Below are positions 10,527-13,320 of a stretch of DNA of 13,320 nt, one piece after another. Each line of letters starts with the position of its first letter. Within the stretch, counting starts at the first letter, position 1. The stretch comes from Lepidodermella squamata (taxonomy: Eukaryota; Animalia; Gastrotricha), in NCBI GenBank assembly GCA_047495785.1, contig JBLDXI010000101.1, positions 1-13,320 of the forward strand, in the 5' to 3' direction. A program made the translations under genes and the position numbers. The notes beneath the pieces were generated by a model that was not told where the DNA came from, ran no database searches, and was given only the letters and a program-made list of their open reading frames with translations.

Positions 10527-10658
10527 CTCATGTTGATACTATTGATGATGAAATTGAAACATATGATAACGTAAAAGATTATCCCTTGACTTCATCCACA
10601 GCGCCTAAACATATCGCCCAAGAATATGCCCGCCAGAAAGTGTTTGGAATGTGCATAG
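10527..10658 (+). CDS. Candidate 132-nt cassette exon in the CBD2 loop ([44 protein letters not shown]); mirror 2363-2494 (-)
   Basis: Long pyrimidine tract followed by aag|CT ... ATAG|gttggc; phase 1-1, 44 open codons; possible in-frame internal acceptor cag at 10599-10601. Confidence 0.5.
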
Positions 10659-10967
10659 GTTGGCTATATTATTAACTCATTTTTTTCGAAAAAAAACATG
10701 AAAATAATTGTTGTCACTTGATGATGAAAAATATCGTGCAATCTTTCTCAATCTATCGGACTTTTTTCGGAGGATGGAAATTTTTCCCGCGGAGTGGCTT
10801 AACAACTAACAGGGTATTTTGTTGAAAGTGTGAACTGGGGTGCTCCTTTCCGGCCTCTACTTTCCCATTCATCGCTGCTCTCGGGTTCTAAATGCTTTTA
10901 TAACGATCTGTGATTTGTACAATCAACTGAACGTGGAATAATTGGGGTTTTTTGGGTTTTTTTTTAG

Positions 10968-11089
10968 AACCAACTGCCGATGAAACTCGGCTATCTGAAC
11001 AGGAGCGTGAGGTCGCGAATCTCGGCAGGCCAAAGTTGGGCGAGATCAAGCTAGTCAAAGTTTCAATTCATGAGAGCGATGAATTCCGC
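10968..11089 (+). CDS. NCX: NCX CBD2 end exon (mirror of 1932-2053)
   Basis: AG at 10966-10967, GTAAGT at 11090. Confidence 0.85.
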
Positions 11090-11147
11090 GTAAGTTCTTA
11101 TTTTTTTAATTAAAAATTGAAATTTTGAAAATTTGAATTTGTTTTAG

Positions 11148-11379
11148 AAAACCATTGACAAAATTGCAAATGCGACAAATGTCGCGAATCAAGTTTCGAC
11201 TTCGAGCTGGCGCGAACAGTTCATCGATGCGATAACCGTTAGCGCTGATGACGATGATGATGATGACGAAGATGAGGCCGGGGCTGATAAGCCGCCGAAA
11301 GTGCCCAGCTGGAGCGACTACGTCATGCATTACATCACCATTTTCTGGAAGGTCTTGTTCGCTTTCGTCCCACCCACCG
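11148..11379 (+). CDS. NCX: NCX post-CBD2 exon (mirror of 1642-1873)
   Basis: AG at 11146-11147, GTAAGA at 11380. Confidence 0.85.
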
Positions 11380-11828
11380 GTAAGAATTTTTTCAGATTTT
11401 CTGGTTTTTCAAGTCCATAGTCTCCCTTAAGAAATAGACAAACGATGTTAAAAAGTCTTCAAACCTTTTAATAGTTTAGATGTTGAGGATTCGAATGAAT
11501 ATGAAAAGGCTTTATTTTCGAAAAATTCTTCGAAAAGTCGGGAAAAATTCAGCTGGTTGAAGCTTTACTAAAGTTTCTCAATTTGGGTAGATTTTAGTCA
11601 TTGAGATTCAAAGAGCCTGAAAATTCGGAGAAATTTGCTCTAACCTGTTAAAATACCGAAAATTACCGAAATTTCACACCAATCGGGTTTTTTCGGGTTT
11701 TCTTCTAAAAATTTTATTTCTTCGTTGAAATCGCGGAAAATCGATGCGGAACTCTCTTGGCAACAACAATTTCGGAAATTTGAAAATTTGAAAATATTTT
11801 ATAAATTTTTTTTCTGTTTTTTTTTCAG

Positions 11829-12361
11829 ATTATTGCCATGGCTGGGTGAGCTTTGTGTTCTCGTTGGCGATGATCGGCGCGCTGACGGCCGTCATCGGTG
11901 ACCTCGCCTCGCACCTCGGCTGTACAATCGGCCTCAAGGACTCGCTGACGTCGATCAGCTTCGTCGCGCTGGGCACGTCGCTGCCGGACACGTTCGCGTC
12001 CAAAGTCGCCGCCGTCAAGGACCAGTACGCGGACGCGTCCATCGGCAACATCACCGGCTCGAACGCCGTCAACGTGTTCCTGGGCATCGGCATCGCGTGG
12101 CTCGTCGCCGCCGTCTACCACGCGTCGCAGGGCACCAAGTTCGTCGTCGAGCCCGGCTCGCTCGCCTTCTCCGTCACGACGTTCTGCTCAATGGCGGCGC
12201 TCGCCATTCTCGTGCTGCTGCTGCGCCGGTTGAAGCCGGTCGGCGGCGAGCTCGGCGGCCCGCCCGTCATCCGCTACCTTTCTGCCTCCTTCTACTTCCT
12301 CCTGTGGATCACCTACTTGGTTCTATCAGGCCTCGAAAACTACTGCATCATCAAGTTCTAA
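11829..12361 (+). CDS. NCX: NCX last coding exon with alpha-2 repeat (mirror of 660-1192)
   Basis: TTTTCAG ending at 11828, TAA at 12359-12361. Confidence 0.88.
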
Positions 12362-13064
12362 GTTACCCCTGGCGAAAATTGAAAATGTCCAAAACTAGGC
12401 CGAAATTTCTAAATTTGTCCCAATTTCGGACATCATCGGAAAATTAGTCGAACAATAGATTTTCCAAATTTCGGACATTGTCCGTAACTAGGTCATTAGG
12501 CTTCTAAAAAGAAACTGCCCGGCAACAATGCAACAAGTCGACTTTTTCCTCGCAAAAATATTGAAATTTTACCCGTTAAAAACTGTTTATCGTTTTACTG
12601 TCATAGGTCAACTTCTTTTTGCATTACCAGTCTGTGATATGATATAAAAATAACTAATATTTTATTCGACACAGGAAGATGACAACTACAAAACATATCC
12701 ACTGCCAATTGTAGCAAAAGAAATCTGTATTTTTTCTCTCTCGCTCTCACCTTGTAAATTCTCTACCTTGGTATAATATAATAAATGTGCCTGAAATGTG
12801 TGATTTTACTATGCCTAGTGCTAATTTGTATTGAAATGAGCAATTCACCTTGATGATTTATTTGTTTCAACCTTTGGCTATATACACATGAACGGAAATT
12901 TTGATACAATTTGAATGATAAAAATGACTGCGTTTCAAAGCAAAAAATCAGCTGCCCGGTTCTTGGCAAATCATTTACTTATCAATGGACAAGCATTTTA
13001 ATTGATGATATTCTAATTTGACAAAACAGCAAAATTTAAGTAACACACATACACACAATCCTGT

Positions 13065-13070
13065 AATAAA
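13065..13070 (+). promoter_or_regulatory. Candidate polyadenylation signal AATAAA (alternative at 12780-12785, mirror 236-241)
   Basis: AATAAA about 700 nt after the stop codon, with adjacent TGTA and GT/T-rich sequence downstream. The AT-rich context makes chance hits common. Confidence 0.3.
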
Positions 13071-13320
13071 TGAATGTAAAAAAATCACTTAACACAAATT
13101 TTACCTCGAAGCACTCGTGACTTCGTATTATTTACACCCGTGTGTTTTATTATATAATCGACTCGTTTGCGTTTAATTTTTTGTTTTTTTTCATGAATTA
13201 TTATATGACATGAATTTATTTACTGTTTTATTTGTGTATCCCGTTATATTGAGACTTGTTATTTCATGGATGTAAATATTGTTAATGATGTGTATAAATC
13301 GCGATATGAATAAGAATGGT

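Larger units (their letters stand above)
7814..12361 (+). pseudogene. NCX: Second, more truncated NCX copy lacking the alpha-1 exon in sense orientation; a duplicated fragment or artefactual mirror. Exons: 7814-8038, 9068-9415, 9685-9941, 9995-10086, 10968-11089, 11148-11379, 11829-12361
   Basis: Mirror of the left copy. It gives 1809 nt of open spliced frame (602 aa + stop) with no disabling change, but has no upstream sense exon. Confidence 0.6.
7008..13020. repeat. Right arm of the ~6.0-kb inverted repeat
   Basis: Mirror of 1-6013 as described for the left arm. It continues into 300 bp (13021-13320) with no partner in the window. Confidence 0.98.

Noticed and set aside
10813-10884. Possible third 72-nt phase-1 cassette in the CBD2 intron
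   Set aside because: Open and frame-preserving, but there is no pyrimidine tract at the acceptor and the donor (gttcta) is poor.
11247-11276. GAT/GAC trinucleotide-like run
   Set aside because: Encodes the acidic stretch (D7EDE) normally found at this position in NCX proteins.
1-13020. Interpretation as a large-TIR or foldback transposon, or a composite element
   Set aside because: The arms are host gene exons and introns. No transposase, subterminal repeats or target-site duplication is visible.

Overview
Eukaryotic (metazoan, nematode-like) genomic DNA with AT-rich introns, GC-rich exons, GT-AG splice sites and two very short introns (53 and 58 bp). The window is almost entirely one inverted repeat. 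Positions 1-6013 are the reverse complement of 7008-13020 (mirror coordinate = 13021 - x). A unique 994-bp spacer (6014-7007) separates the arms and a unique 300-bp tail follows (13021-13320). Each arm carries the 3' part of a Na+/Ca2+ exchanger gene (NCX/SLC8 family): seven core exons encoding the cytoplasmic linker, Calx-beta domains CBD1 and CBD2, and the C-terminal TM half with the alpha-2 repeat. The two copies point away from each other. The spacer holds a single 639-bp exon (alpha-1 repeat, TM2-5, XIP) on the minus strand, which splices in frame only to the left copy (8 exons, 2448 nt, 815 aa + stop). The start codon, signal peptide and TM1 exon(s) are absent from the window. The most parsimonious explanation is a fold-back chimera or assembly artefact; both arm boundaries end on GATC. 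A real, very recent inverted duplication cannot be excluded from sequence alone. Independently of that question, the introns contain four frame-preserving candidate alternative exons (135, 12, 54 and 132 nt).
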